From: Leucoraja ocellata | Taxonomy: Eukaryota | NCBI GenBank assembly: GCA_036785375.1 | Contig: JAWMAR010000424.1 | Span: 496,001 to 560,000, forward strand | Reading direction: 5' to 3' | DNA: 64,000 bases | In this document: piece by piece, positions 1 to 12,435 of the stretch | How positions within the stretch are numbered: the first letter of the stretch is position 1 | How the letters are laid out: each line of letters opens with the position of its first letter | The notes under the pieces: model-generated | What the model was told of the DNA's origin: nothing | The model's input: the letters and a program-made list of their open reading frames with translations, nothing else | Databases searched by the model: none | Position numbers and translations under genes: made by a program

Positions 1-419
1 TTGAACCAGTTCATTGGAGGTCTGTGGAAAAAGTGCAGGGCAATGCACCATCTAGTTTTGTCCAGCACAATGGGGAAGTAAGTTATGCTTTTCTCTAAAA
101 CCTTGGCAACAAAAGTTAATGACCCCACCCCCATCCCCCAATGGAAAGGAACCACAGATGCAGCCGTCATCGCAAAACGTCAATGATTCCAGGAATTTTG
201 AGGCGACATGGTGAGAGAGGAGTGAGAGCGTGAGAGAGAGAGACGAAATGGGAGCGGGGGAGAGAGAGAGATAGATAGATAAAGAGAGAGAGGGGGGGGG
301 AGCGAAAGACAGATAGACACAACGTGGGTCCGTAGGTAAATGACTAACCTGCACACCAAGAAGAAGCTCGCAGTCTGAGCCCTCAACCATGATGATGAGT
401 TTTAAGAAATTCTCAATGT

Positions 420-832
420 TGTCAATGCATCAATCTAAATTCCTCAGTGTAATTGTGTTTGACCAAGTATTAATGACGTCGTGTTCCTTTGAATAAAATT
501 CACAGGGCGTCATTAATACTTGGTCAAACACGATTACATTTACTGAGGAATGTAGATCGATTAATTGATGACACAGTGTATAACTACGTGTTAATTACTG
601 GCTGTTAACGTGCTAGTAGTTAACACATCGTTTTTGTCTGATGGCCGGTGCAGTGGTTTTTATCCATGTTCGTTTAAAAGAAATCCGTATTTAACAAGTC
701 GAATGTTTCAACCAAAAAAAAATTGTATTGAGCAACGCAAATTCGTATTTCCGTACCAAATACGGAAAATTAACGCGGGGCCCCCATTGGCGCGGGGCCC
801 AATTGGGAGCAATCGGCTTAGGGCCGGCCCTG
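420..832. mobile_element. Palindromic non-autonomous DNA element end (hAT-like terminus ...gggccggccctg)
   Basis: Inverted repeat spanning 420-573 with a perfect core at 455-478/508-531; GC-rich terminus typical of hAT-type elements. Confidence 0.4.
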
Positions 833-1346
833 GTGACCATGGCTGATCATCCACAATCAGTACCTCGTTCTTGCCTACTCCCCATATCCCCTGATTCCGC
901 TAGTCCTAAGAGATCTATCTAACTCTCTTTTGAATGCATCCAGTGAATCTGTCTCCACTGCTGTCTGAGGCAGAGAATTCCACAAATTCACAACTCTCTG
1001 GGTGAAAAGTTTTTCCGCATCTCAGTTCAAAATGGCCTACCCCATATTCTTAAACTGTGGCCCCTGGTTCTGGACTCCCCCAACATCGAGAACATGTTTC
1101 CTGCATCTGGTGTGTCCAATCCCATAATAATTTTATATGTTTTTATAACATTCCCTCTCATCCTTCTAAATTCCAATGAGTACAAGCCCAGTTGCTCCAT
1201 TCTTTCATCATAAGTCAGTCCCGCCATCCCGGGATTTAACCTTGTGAACCTACGCTGCACTCCCTCAATAGCAAGAATGTCGTTCCTCAAATTAAGAGAC
1301 CAAAACTGGACATAATACTCCAGGTGTGGTCTCTCCAGGACCCTGA
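833..1346 (-). mobile_element. CR1 LINE 3' fragment
   Basis: ORF 1027-1290 (IEGVQRRFTRL..GLYSLEFRRMRG..TRGHSL) is a CR1 ORF2 C-terminus. Confidence 0.85.
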
Positions 1347-1839
1347 TTGAGAGTCAGATGACAGCAAATTAGCGATATGGAAGGGTAAGGTGTGAAAACA
1401 ACAGATCAAATCAGATGTTGATAAGGGAATGGTTCTACATTACAATGTAGAATGTCTACCTGTCCCCTTACTGTCAGTCTGAAGAAGGGTCTCAACCCAA
1501 AACGTCAACCAAAACTTCTCTTCAGAGATGCTGTCTGTCCTGCTGAGTTACTCCAGCTTTTTGTATCTATAGTGTAAACCAGCATCTGCAGTTCCTTCCA
1601 ACAAATCTCTGGAGACCATGGATGGGTGATGTTTTGGGTTGGGACCCTTCTTCAGACAAATGGGGGGTGGGGGGGGTGGAGAGAATGCTGAAAGAGAGGA
1701 GGTGCAAGCCAAAGCAGATGGCCAGGCCAGATCATGGCCAAGCCAAAGGCCAGAGATGAAAAGACAAGGTGTGAGACAAGTTGAGGTGGGGCAGAGGGGA
1801 GGGGTGGGGGAGAAGGGAGGGATATGGGGGTTTGGTTAT

Positions 1840-4800
1840 AGATGTTCACAGAAGGTGAACAGCCGGCAGTAGTTGTGCACGTCGGCACAAATGACATCGG
1901 GAAGAAGAGGAAGAAGGTTCTCCAACGAAGACTGAAATGCCGGACTTCTAGGGTGGTTATCTCTGGATTGCTTCCAGTACCACGTGCTAGTGAGGAAAGG
2001 AACAGGGAGATAACGGATCTGAATGTGTGACAGGGGCTGGAGCAGGGAGCAAGGATTTAGATTTATAGACCACTGGGATCTCTTCTGGGGTAGGGGTGAC
2101 CTGTACAAAAGGGACGGGTTACACCTTAACTGGAGGGGGATCGACATTCTGGCAGGCAGGTTTGCTAGGGCTACACGTGTGGGTTTAAACTAAATAGTGG
2201 GGGGGAGGGATTGCCAAATCGGGAGTATAAAGATGGAGTTGAAGGGGAAGTGGCTACAGGAAAAATTACAAAAGATTCTCGAATTAATGGGAAGGAAAGC
2301 TCAAGAAGGAACAACAGAGTAAGGTCAGGGCCAATTGCGAGCGGTGCGAGGGGGGGGGGGGGGGAGTACAAAGTGCTGTATATGAATGCGCAAAGTATAA
2401 GGAATAAAGTGGACGAGCTTGAGGCTCAGATAGAAACTGTTGTGGGAATTACTGAGACATGGCTGCAAGAGGGCCAGGGCTGGGAACAGAATATTCAAGG
2501 ATGTACCTCATATCGAAAAGACAGACAGGTGAGCGGAGGGGTTGGGGTTGCTCTGTTGGTGAGGAATGAAATCCAGTCCCTTGCAAGGGGTGACATTGAA
2601 ACAGGAGACGTGGAGTCAGTAAGGAAATGTAAGGGTAAAAAGACCCTAATGGGACTAATCTACAGGCCCCCAAACAGTAGCCTGGACATAGGGCGCAAGT
2701 TGAATCAGGAGTTAGGATTGGCATGCAGCAAAAGTAATGCTGTGGTTGTTATAGAAGATTTCAACATGCAGGTAGACTGGGAAAATCAGGTTGGTACTGG
2801 TAGAGCACCTTCATGATGGATTCTTAGAACAGCTTGGATTGGAGCCTACCAGGGAGAAGGCAATTCTGAATTTAGTGTTATGTAATGAACCGGATCTGAT
2901 AAAGGACCTAGAGGGTAAGGAGCCATTAGGAGGTAGTGACCATAACATGGTCAGGATTAATCTACAATTGGAGAGGGAGAAGGGTAGATCGGAGGTGTCA
3001 GTGTTACAGTTGAATAAAGGGGACTATGGGGCCATGAGGAGCTGGCCAAAGTTGACTGGAATCCACTAGCAGGAATGACAGTGGAACAAAAATGGCAGGT
3101 ATTTCTAGGAATAATACAGAAGGTGCAGGATCAGTTCATTCCTAGGAGGAAGAAAGATTCCAAGGGGAGAAAGGGACGACCGTGGCTGACAAGGGACGTC
3201 AGGGATAGCATAAAAATTAAAGCGAAGAAGTACAACGTAGCAAAGATGAGCGGGAAGCAAGAGGATTGGGTAATGTTTAAAGAACAACAGAAGATAACCA
3301 AAAAGACATTATGGGGAGAAAAGATGAGGTACGAAGGTAAGCTAGCCAAGAATATAAAGCAGGATAGTAAAAGCTTCTTTAGGTATGTGAAGAGGAAAAA
3401 AGTAGTTAAGACCAAAGTTGGACCATTGAAGACCGAAAAAGGTGAATTTATTATGGGGAAGGAAATGGCAGATGAGTTGAACAGGTACTTTGGATCTGTC
3501 TTCACTAAGGAGGACACAAACAATCTTCCTGATATAGTAGTGGCCAGAGGATCTGGGGTGATGGAGGAACTGAAGGAAATCCACATTCGGCAGGAAATGG
3601 TGTTGGATTGACTTCAGATTCAGATTCAACTTTAATTGTCATTGTCAGTGTACAATGAAATGCAGTTAGCATCTCCCTGGAAGAGCGACATAGATTTATT
3701 TATTGAAATCGTATTCTATTTAAATGCATACAGTCATAGTGTTTTTCCTGTGGGAGGAGTGTCCGGGGGGGGGGGTGATTGGCAGTCACCGAGGTACATT
3801 GTTGAGTAGTGTTACTTATGGACTGAATGCTGATAAATCCCCAGGGCCTGATGGTCTGCATGCCAGGGTACTTAAGGAAGTGGCTCTAGAAATCGTGGAT
3901 GCATTGGTGATAATTTTACTATGTTCTATAGACTCAGGATTAGTTCCTGTGGATTTTTAGGAAAGGCGGGAGAGAGAAAACAGGGAATTATAGACCAGTT
4001 AGCCTGACATCGGTGGTGGGGAAGATGCTGGAGTCAATTATAATAGATGAAATAGCCGAACAGTTGGATAGCAATAACAAGATCGGTCAGCATGGATTTG
4101 CGATAATCTTCTGGAATTTTTGAAGATGTAACTAGGAAAATGGACAAGGGAGAGCCAATGGATGTAGTGCACTTGGACTTTCAGAAAGTCCCACATAGGA
4201 GATTAGTGGCCACATGGTATTGGGGGTGGAGTGCTGACATGGATAGAAAAGTGGTTGGCAGACAGGAAACAAAGAGTAGGGATGAACGGGTCCCTTTCAG
4301 AATGGCAGGCAGTGACTAGTGGGGTACCGCAAGGCTCAGTGCTGGAACCGCAGCTATTTACAATATACATCAATGATTTGGATGCAGGGATTCTAAGTAA
4401 CATTAGCAAATTTGCAGATGACACAAAGCTGGGTGGCAGTGTGAACTGTGAGGAGGATGCTATGAGAATGCAGGGTGACTTGGACAGGTTGGGGGAGCGG
4501 GTAGATGCATGGCAGATGAAGTTTAATGCGGATAAATGTGCTGTTATCTACTTTGGTAGCAAAAACAGGAAGGCAGATTACTATCTAAATGGCGTCAAAT
4601 TGGGAAAAGGGGAAGTACAATTGGCTATATTTAAGAGGGAGTTAGATGTGGCCCTTGTGGCTAAAGGGATCAGGGGGTATGGAGAGATGGCAGGTACAGG
4701 ATACTGAGTTGGATGATCAGCCATGATCATATTGGATGGCGGTGCAGGCTCGAAGGGCCGAATGGCCTACTCATGCACCTATTTTCTCTGTTTCTATGTT

Positions 4801-6560
4801 TACAATGGGATCTGGAGGTCCTTGTTCATCAGTCTATGAAAGTAAGCATGCAGGTACAGCAGGCAATGAAGAAAGCAAATGGCATGTTGGCCTTTATAAC
4901 AAGAGGAATCGAATATAGGAGCTAAGAGGTCCTTCTGCAATTGTACAGAGCCCTAGTGAGACCACACCTAGAGTATTGTGTGCAGTTTTGGTCCCCTAAT
5001 ATGAGGAAGGACATTCTTGCTATTGAGGGAGTGCAGCGTAGATTTGCAACGTTAATTCCCGGGATGATGGGCCTGTCTTATGCTGAGAGAATGGAGCAGC
5101 TGGGCTTGTACACTCTGGAGTTTAGAAGGATGAGAGGGTATCTCATTGAAACATATAAGATTGTTAAGTGTTTGGACACGCTAGAGGCAGGAAACATGTT
5201 CCTGATGTTGGGGGAGTCCAGAAGCAGGGGCTACAATTTAAGAATAAGGAGTAAGCCATTTAGAACGGAGACGAGGAAATACTTTTTCTCACAGAGAGTG
5301 GTGAGTCTGTGGAATTCTCTGCCTCAGACGGCGGTGGAGGTGGGTTCTCTGGATGCTTTCAAGAGAGAGATAGATAGGGCTCTTTAAAATAGCAGAGTCA
5401 GGTGATATGGGGAGAAGGCAGGAACGGGGTACTGATTGAGGATGATCAGCCATGATCACATTAAGATATAGATATGCCATTTATTGTCACTATACATGTA
5501 CAGTGAAACTGAAAGCTGCTCGTACTCAGTGCATACATACAATTTAGCACAAAAAACAAGAAACAGAAAAAACAGAAGGGAGATGGGGGGGGGGGAATAG
5601 GTGCACAATTTCTGCGGCGCTACATACATATATACATATATACAGATGGAAGTCCGTGTTGGGCGGTGAAGTCAGTGCATGTGTGAATTTGAATTTATAG
5701 TAGTTATAATTCTCGGAAAGCAACTATTCCTGAGTCTGTTTGTCCTGGATTTGATGCACCTATAGCGCCTTCCAGAGGGCAGCAGGTCGAACAGTCCAAA
5801 CGCAGGATGGGAGCTAACTTTGATGATCTTCTTTGCCCTGCTAAGGCAGCGGGAGGTGTAGATGTCCATCAGGGAGGGGAGAGGGCAGCCAATGATCCTC
5901 TGCGCTGTCCTAGTTACCCTCTGAAGCCTCTCCCTATCTGCCATGGTGCAGCTGCCATACCATGCTGTAATGCAGTATGTCAGCAGGCTCTCGATGGACG
6001 AGCGGTAGAAGGTCAGCAGCAGGTTAGAGTCCAGGTTGTGCTTCCTGAGGACCCTCAGGAAGTGCAGCCGCTGCTGAGCCTTCTTGATGACCGCTGTCGT
6101 GTTGTCCGTCCAGGAGATATCAGCAGCGATATGGACGCCGAGAAACCGGAAGGTGTTGACCCTCTCCACACACTCGCCGTTGATGTCGGTGCTGTGCCTC
6201 CTGAAGTCGACAATGAGCTCTTTTGTTTTCCTGGTGTTCAGAGCCAGATTGTTTTCTGAGCACCAGGTTGTCAACTTCAGGACTTCCTCTCTGTAGGCTG
6301 CCTCGTCTCCCTTTGAAATAAGTCCGACCACAGTAGTGTCGTCAGCAAATTTGACGATGCGGCTGTTGTTGTGGGCCGGACTACAGTCGTAGGTGTAGAG
6401 ACAGTATAAGAGGGGGCTTAGCACACAGCCCTGTGGGGAACCGGTACTCAACCTGCGAGTGGAGGAGAGGTGGGGGCCGAGTCTCACAGTCTGGGGCCGG
6501 TTGGTGAGATGGCGATGCTGGCTCGAATGGCCTACTCCTGCACCTATTGTCTATTGCCTA
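1840..6560 (+). mobile_element. Near full-length degenerate CR1 LINE (esterase ORF1 + EN/RT ORF2) with nested inserts
   Basis: ORF1 SGNH-like VVVHVGTNDIG; endonuclease NAQSIRNK..GITETWL..SDHNMV; RT GVPQGSVL..KFADDTKL. Frameshifted, with inserts at about 3612-3815, 4621-4800 and 5463-6508. Confidence 0.9.
5463..6508 (-). mobile_element. Rex1/Babar-type LINE 3' part nested in CR1 3' end
   Basis: ORF 5672-6487: [44 protein letters not shown]. Confidence 0.85.
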
Positions 6561-6741
6561 TATGACGTACTCTTTCTCCAGCTCGTCCATGATGCCCCCA
6601 TCTACTCTAGTCTCAATCGTCTGCGTTTGGACCATATCGCTCTAAACCCTACTTATCCATGTACCTGTCCATGGATATGGTATCTCAGTTTATCTGTTAT
6701 ACTCAGCTACTCCAGCAATGTGATTCTATCTTCACACAACC

Positions 6742-7934
6742 TTTTTTTTTTTTTAATTTCAAAATAGACTTTATTCATTGATAAATATATACAATTCCTG
6801 AACCATTCAAACAAACAAATTCATCCGACATTTTCGGAGACTATACAAGTTTTTTCAGTACAATTTTTTACATTTTTCAAATTTCACCAAACAGTCCCCC
6901 ACGCGTGCCACTCTGTGGCCCCTGTCCAAGTAATAAATATATACAGTGTTTACAGTGCGAAAATTCCATTTGACATTTTCACTTCCACAAATAATGTCCC
7001 CCACCCGTGCCACTCATGTGGCCCCCTGGTGTGGGATACCTTCCCTTAATTTAATTTGAGGGGCGTCTCCACCACACCGTGCCCCCTATGTCCAGCAGTG
7101 GAAGGACCCTAGACTGTGGCCCTCCCCCACCGAGCCTTGGCGTTGGCTGCACCAAGCTTCAGTGAGTCCCTTAGCACGTACTCCTGCAGTCTGCAGTGGG
7201 CCAATCGGCAACATTCCCTGACGGACATCTCGCTCTGCTGGGTGGTGAGCAACGCTCGGGCAGACCAAAGAGCGTCTTTGACCGAGTTGATGACCCTCCA
7301 GCAGCACTCGATGTCAGTCTCTGAATGTGTCCCTGGGAACAGTCCGTAAATCACAGAGTCCTCTGTGACGGAGCTGTTCGGGATAAATCGTTGCAGGGAC
7401 CCTTGCATACCTCTCCAGACTCTTTTTGCAAACCCACACTCTGCAAAGAGGTGGGCAACCGTCTCCTCTCCACCGCAACCGTCCCGGGGGCAGCGTGAGC
7501 TGGTGGTGAGGTTCCGACGGTGCAGGAAGGATCTAACTGAGAGGGCTCCCCTCACCGCCAGCCAAGCCAGGTCTTGGTGCTTGTTGGTGAGTTCTGGCGA
7601 TGAGGCATTTTGCCAGACAAGCTGGGCAGTCTGCTCTGGGAACCACGCCACCGGATCCATCGAGTCCTTTCCCTGCAGTGCCTGCAGGACATTCCGTGCT
7701 GACCACTGCCCGATGGACTTGTGGTCAAAGGTGTTGGTCCGGAAGAAGCTTTCCACAGACGACAGATGGGGCGGCAATGTCCAGCTGACTGGCACATTGC
7801 GTGGCATCTGCGCCAGGCCCATCCTTCGCAACACCGGGGACAGGTAGAACCTCAGCAGGTAGTGACACTTAGTGCCCACGTGCCTTGGCTCTACGTCCAC
7901 CTGATGCAGCCACACACAAAGGTGGCCATCAGGG
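6742..7934 (-). mobile_element. 5'-truncated L1/Tx1-clade LINE with poly(A) and 17-bp TSD
   Basis: ORF 7109-7945 carries a CPRDGCGGEETVAHLFAEC zinc knuckle. T-run at 6742-6754; TSD tctatcttcacacaacc at 6725-6741 and 7935-7951. Confidence 0.9.
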
Positions 7935-8199
7935 TCTATCTTCACACAACCAGTTTTACTCTGTTTGAAAGTGGCAGTAGTGGTTTGTTACATTACCACA
8001 GAGAAGCACCGTGGTGTAGGTCTAGAGTCGGTCACAGACAAGCAAGACTGAGTAAGGTATCTCTTCCTGAAGAGCACTAGTCACCCATTTGTGCTTCCCT
8101 GACAGTATTGCAGCTTTTGTAGTCAGTATATTCTTTTCCAACCTTCTGGTAATTAACCCTGTTTCAGTTCCACATTTGCAATGACAGTTTAGTTTTTTT

Positions 8200-8720
8200 T
8201 GTTTAGTTTAGAGATACAGCATGGAAGCAGGCTCTTTAGCCCACCAAGTCTGCACCGACCAGTGATCCCCGCACACTTAAGGGCCTGTCCCACTTTCACC
8301 ACGTAATTCACAACCATTTTTTACTCATGGACATTTTTCATCACGTTGAAAAAATGCTCCGACCTACATGATGCCATGAGCACCTACGACTAGCATTACG
8401 ACCTACCTACGACCTACGACCTTGTGACGGCCATGCTGTGAGTATGAGTCAAGGGCAAACTCGGCAGAGGTTGTGAATTAGGTCGTGAAAATGGGACAGG
8501 CCCTTAACACTACCCGACTACACAATTTTACATTTACACCAAGCCAATTAACCTACAATTAACCTGTACGTCTTTGGAGTGTGGGAGGAAACCAGAGCTC
8601 CCGGAGAAAACCCACGCAGGTCACGGGGAGAACGTACAGACAAGCACTCATAGTCAGGATGGAACCCAGGTCTCTGACACTGTAAAGCAGTAGCTCTGCT
8701 GCTCTGCCACCGTGCTGCCC
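8200..8720 (-). mobile_element. tRNA-derived SINE interrupted by a MITE
   Basis: Reverse complement of the SINE at 43158-43450; the head (ggcagcacggtgg) lies near 8720. Confidence 0.7.
8281..8503. mobile_element. MITE with 19-bp TIRs (gggcctgtcccactttcac), TTAA on both flanks
   Basis: TIRs at 8281-8299 and 8485-8503 (18/19 match). A related terminus occurs at about 10750-10771. Harbinger- or Kolobok-like. Confidence 0.8.
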
Positions 8721-10886
8721 AGATTTGAAGGGATTTCATAAGGGTAGGAGCAGTCTTTCGGTAGGAGCAGTCTTAGAACAGTCTTTCGGCCCATCAAGTC
8801 TACCCCACCATTCAATCATGGCTGATCTAACTCGCCCCCTCAACCCCATACTCCTGCATCTTCCCATAACTCTGACACCCGTGCTAATCAATCTATCTCT
8901 TCTGTAAAATATCCCTGATTTCCTTGAATTGTTAGTATTTTTGAAGCATGATCACAGTTGCAATATTAGAAACACAGTGAGTGGTCTAGTTTGCACATGG
9001 AAAATCTCACAAAGACCATGAGATCATGGAGAGGAAATTAGTTGTCACTGATGTTAATTACGTCTTAACTAGTGGGTAGATGTAGGGGCCCTCTTTAATA
9101 GTGATGAGTGATTTTGTATGTTCATTGTTGAATGTTGAGGGGTTAGTGTTGGTGTTTGTGATCAGGCACTTCAGTAACCTACCAGATAATTAGGTGATGC
9201 TTAAACTCAAGGAAACAGGCCCACTGAGTCTGCACCGACCAGCGATCCCTGCACATTATCATTATCCTACACACACTAGGGACAATTTACATTTACACCA
9301 AACCAATTCACTTACAAACCTGTACGTCTTTGAAGTGTGGGAGGAAACCAAAGTTCTTGAAGAAAACCTGAGCAGGTCACAGGAAGAACGTACAAACTAC
9401 GTACAGACAGCACCCGTAGTCGGGATCGAACCTGGGTCTCTGGCGCTGGAGGCAGTAACTCTACCATTGGTGGTGGGGGGGGGTTGGCAGATATGTGGAC
9501 AAAGGCTGGAGGTAAAAGCAAGACAAAAGCCAGGTCATTGGTGGTCAGGGATGGGAGGTTGGACAGTGCGAGATCACAGGAAAACGAGTGGAGGAAAAGT
9601 TGGGGGGCGGGGGGGGGGGCCTTACCTGAGTTGGAGATTTCGATTTCCATTGAAGAACAGTCTTGACCCAAAACGTTGCCTATCCATGTTCTCCAGAGAT
9701 GCTCTCTGACCAGCTGAATACACCAGCACTTTGTGGGAGCTTTTTGTAAACCAGCATCTGCAGTTCCTTGAGTCTCGATGTTCCTACCACTGGGTTGCAA
9801 GTTATCCAAGTTTTATTTATGAAGTGCTCGTCCTCCAACATGCCCATCTACACTAGTCCCACCTGCGTGCGTTTGGCCCATGTCCCTGTCAAATGTTTAT
9901 TTAATGTCGTGATAGCACCTGCCTCATCTACCTCCTCCAACTGCTTGTTCCATACACCCAACACCCTTTGTGTAAAATAAAAAGATACCCCTCCAATTCC
10001 TATTAAATCTTTCCCCCTCACCTTAAACACATGTCCTCTGGTTCTTGATTCCCCTACTCTGGGCAAAAGTATCTGTGAATTTACTTGATCTATTCCTCTC
10101 ATGATTTTTACACCTCTATAATATCACCGCTCATCCTCCTTCGCACCAAAGTCCTAGTCTGCTCAACCGCTTGCATTTCTTGAACAGAGGTAGAACCATC
10201 TGAACTAGATCTTCTACTTCCTGACTGACAGACCAGAATCAGTGAGGATCGGTGACAAATCATCCACTACGATTACCCTCAACGGGAAGGGAAGAAGGGG
10301 GGGAGAGGGGAAGGGAGGGGTGGAGGGGAGAGGGGAGTTCAGTCTACACTCACTGAATCCATCCCTGTGAAAAGTTAGAGACGGTGATTTGGATCTGGAA
10401 GTGGACCAATACAAAATAAAACTGAACGATTCAGACATCTTTTCATTTGCACAATTGATTTTATTGTATTAATTTAAATATATTAATGTTTAAAATCCAT
10501 GCATTGAAGGAAGAATATTTTACAGCCCATCTGTGGACCCTAACCCCAACCCTAGCCTTAACCCTAACCAGGCATCACCCGCAGGGCAGCGTACGTCATC
10601 GTGTGACACTGCGCACGACATGATGAGACACCCAAATGTCGCCCCTGGATTTTGAACATTCCAAGCACCTGGGGCGGCAGGGACACACCGCGCGTCACCA
10701 TGCGTCACGACCCGAACACGACGCGACAACCTCTTTTCAGAAAATGTCGCCCAAGTGGGACAGGCCCTTAAATCCCTCACCCCACGGGAGGGGAGAGAAA
10801 CTGCAAAGCCACCTGCCCGCGTTTGGTCCATATCCCTCCAAACCTGTTCCATCCATGTGCATGTCTCTGTCCCTGTCATTCTATCT

Positions 10887-12391
10887 CAGGGCTCGAAATT
10901 AACAGTTGCACGGGTGCCAATGGCCATTTAAAGTGCCGCCGGGCAACCTAAAAGCCCAGTCATTTTGCCCGGCTTGACACAGCAGATACTGGTTTATACC
11001 GAAGAGAGACACAAAAAACTGGTGTAACTCAGCGGGTCAGGCAGCATCTCTGGAGAAAAGCACATTTCTGGTCGGCGGAGACGACGGCTGTAGTGCGGGG
11101 TGATGGAAGGTCGGAGCGGATAACGGCCCCACACAGCAGCAGGGACGGTGACGGCGCCTCCACCTCCCGCACCCCGCACCCCGCCCGCCCTGATAGCGGG
11201 TGCTGCGTACCATTCCGCCAATGGCGACAATCGCTTTCAAAACAATCCCTCCCGCACACCGAGGCCGGAAGGAGGGAGGAAGGAGGAAGGAGGAGACCCC
11301 CCCCGCCGTCTGAAGGACAGGAAGGTGCGGGGCCGAGCCATGCCACCACCTGCACCGCTCGGCCCCGCACCTTCCTGTTGGTTGGCGGAGGAGGGGAGGC
11401 GGTGACGAGGAGATCCCAACTGCTTCCCCCTTTGGCGGCAGCACTTGGCGGTGGACAGGGACGGCCAAGGCAGCGGGGCGATGATGCCAGTGTTGTCCGA
11501 GGACCGCTGATCTTCCTTCCTCCCCACCTCCTCTGCCCCTTCCCCTCTCTCTCTCTCTTGTACGCCCCCCCCCTCCATCCCCCTTATCCTGGGACCCCTC
11601 CTCTCCATCGCACACTGATCCCCATTCCCGCCTCTATTCAGTCCTCACTGACATCCCCTGTGCTCCCCTCCCCATCTAACCCCCCCCTCCCCCCTCCCCC
11701 CCCCTCCCCCCCCCGATCTAGTCATCCTGCACTGATCATCTTTTCCACCTCGCATTGATTCTCCTGCCACTCCTCATCCAACCTACACTGGTCCCCATAT
11801 TCATCCTGTAGTGACCCCCCTCCCCCCTTCCCATCCATCCAGTACTGATCCCTCCCATCCATCCAGTAGTGATACCCTCCATTCATCCTGTATTGAACCC
11901 CCATTCATCCTGTAGTGACCCCCCCTCATCCATCCTGCACTGATCCCCCCCCATCCATCCCGCCCCGGTTGCCTTGTCACCCCCACTCCCCCCCCCCCCC
12001 CCCCCGACCCTACTGCGCTGGAAATGTCTTCAGAGCGAACATTGACTATGTTTTAAAACGGAATGCAATCAAATGTGTTTTAATTCCCAATGTTATTATT
12101 TGTTTTAATCCTTAGAGATGGATTAATTAAATTGTGAACACGTGAAACATTAAAACCGCAGTGTTCGATTGTCACTGCTGCCATTGACACATTTTACAGA
12201 ATTCATTTTAATAGCAAATCAATGCTCTTAATATGGAGTGTCAGTACTGTAGTTATATAATGAGCAACATTCAAGATTCAAGAGAGTTTATTGTCATGTG
12301 TCCCAGAAAGGACAATTAAATTCTTGCTTTGCTTCAGCACAACAGAACATAGTAGGCATAAATACAGAGCAGATCAGTGTGTCCATATACC

Positions 12392-12435
<44 letters not shown>

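Noticed and set aside
11029-11758. Long overlapping GC-rich ORFs; possible first or signal-peptide exon
   Set aside because: Low-complexity Pro/Gly/Arg translations with no hydrophobic signal peptide ending at a phase-1 donor; the region is probably transposon-internal.
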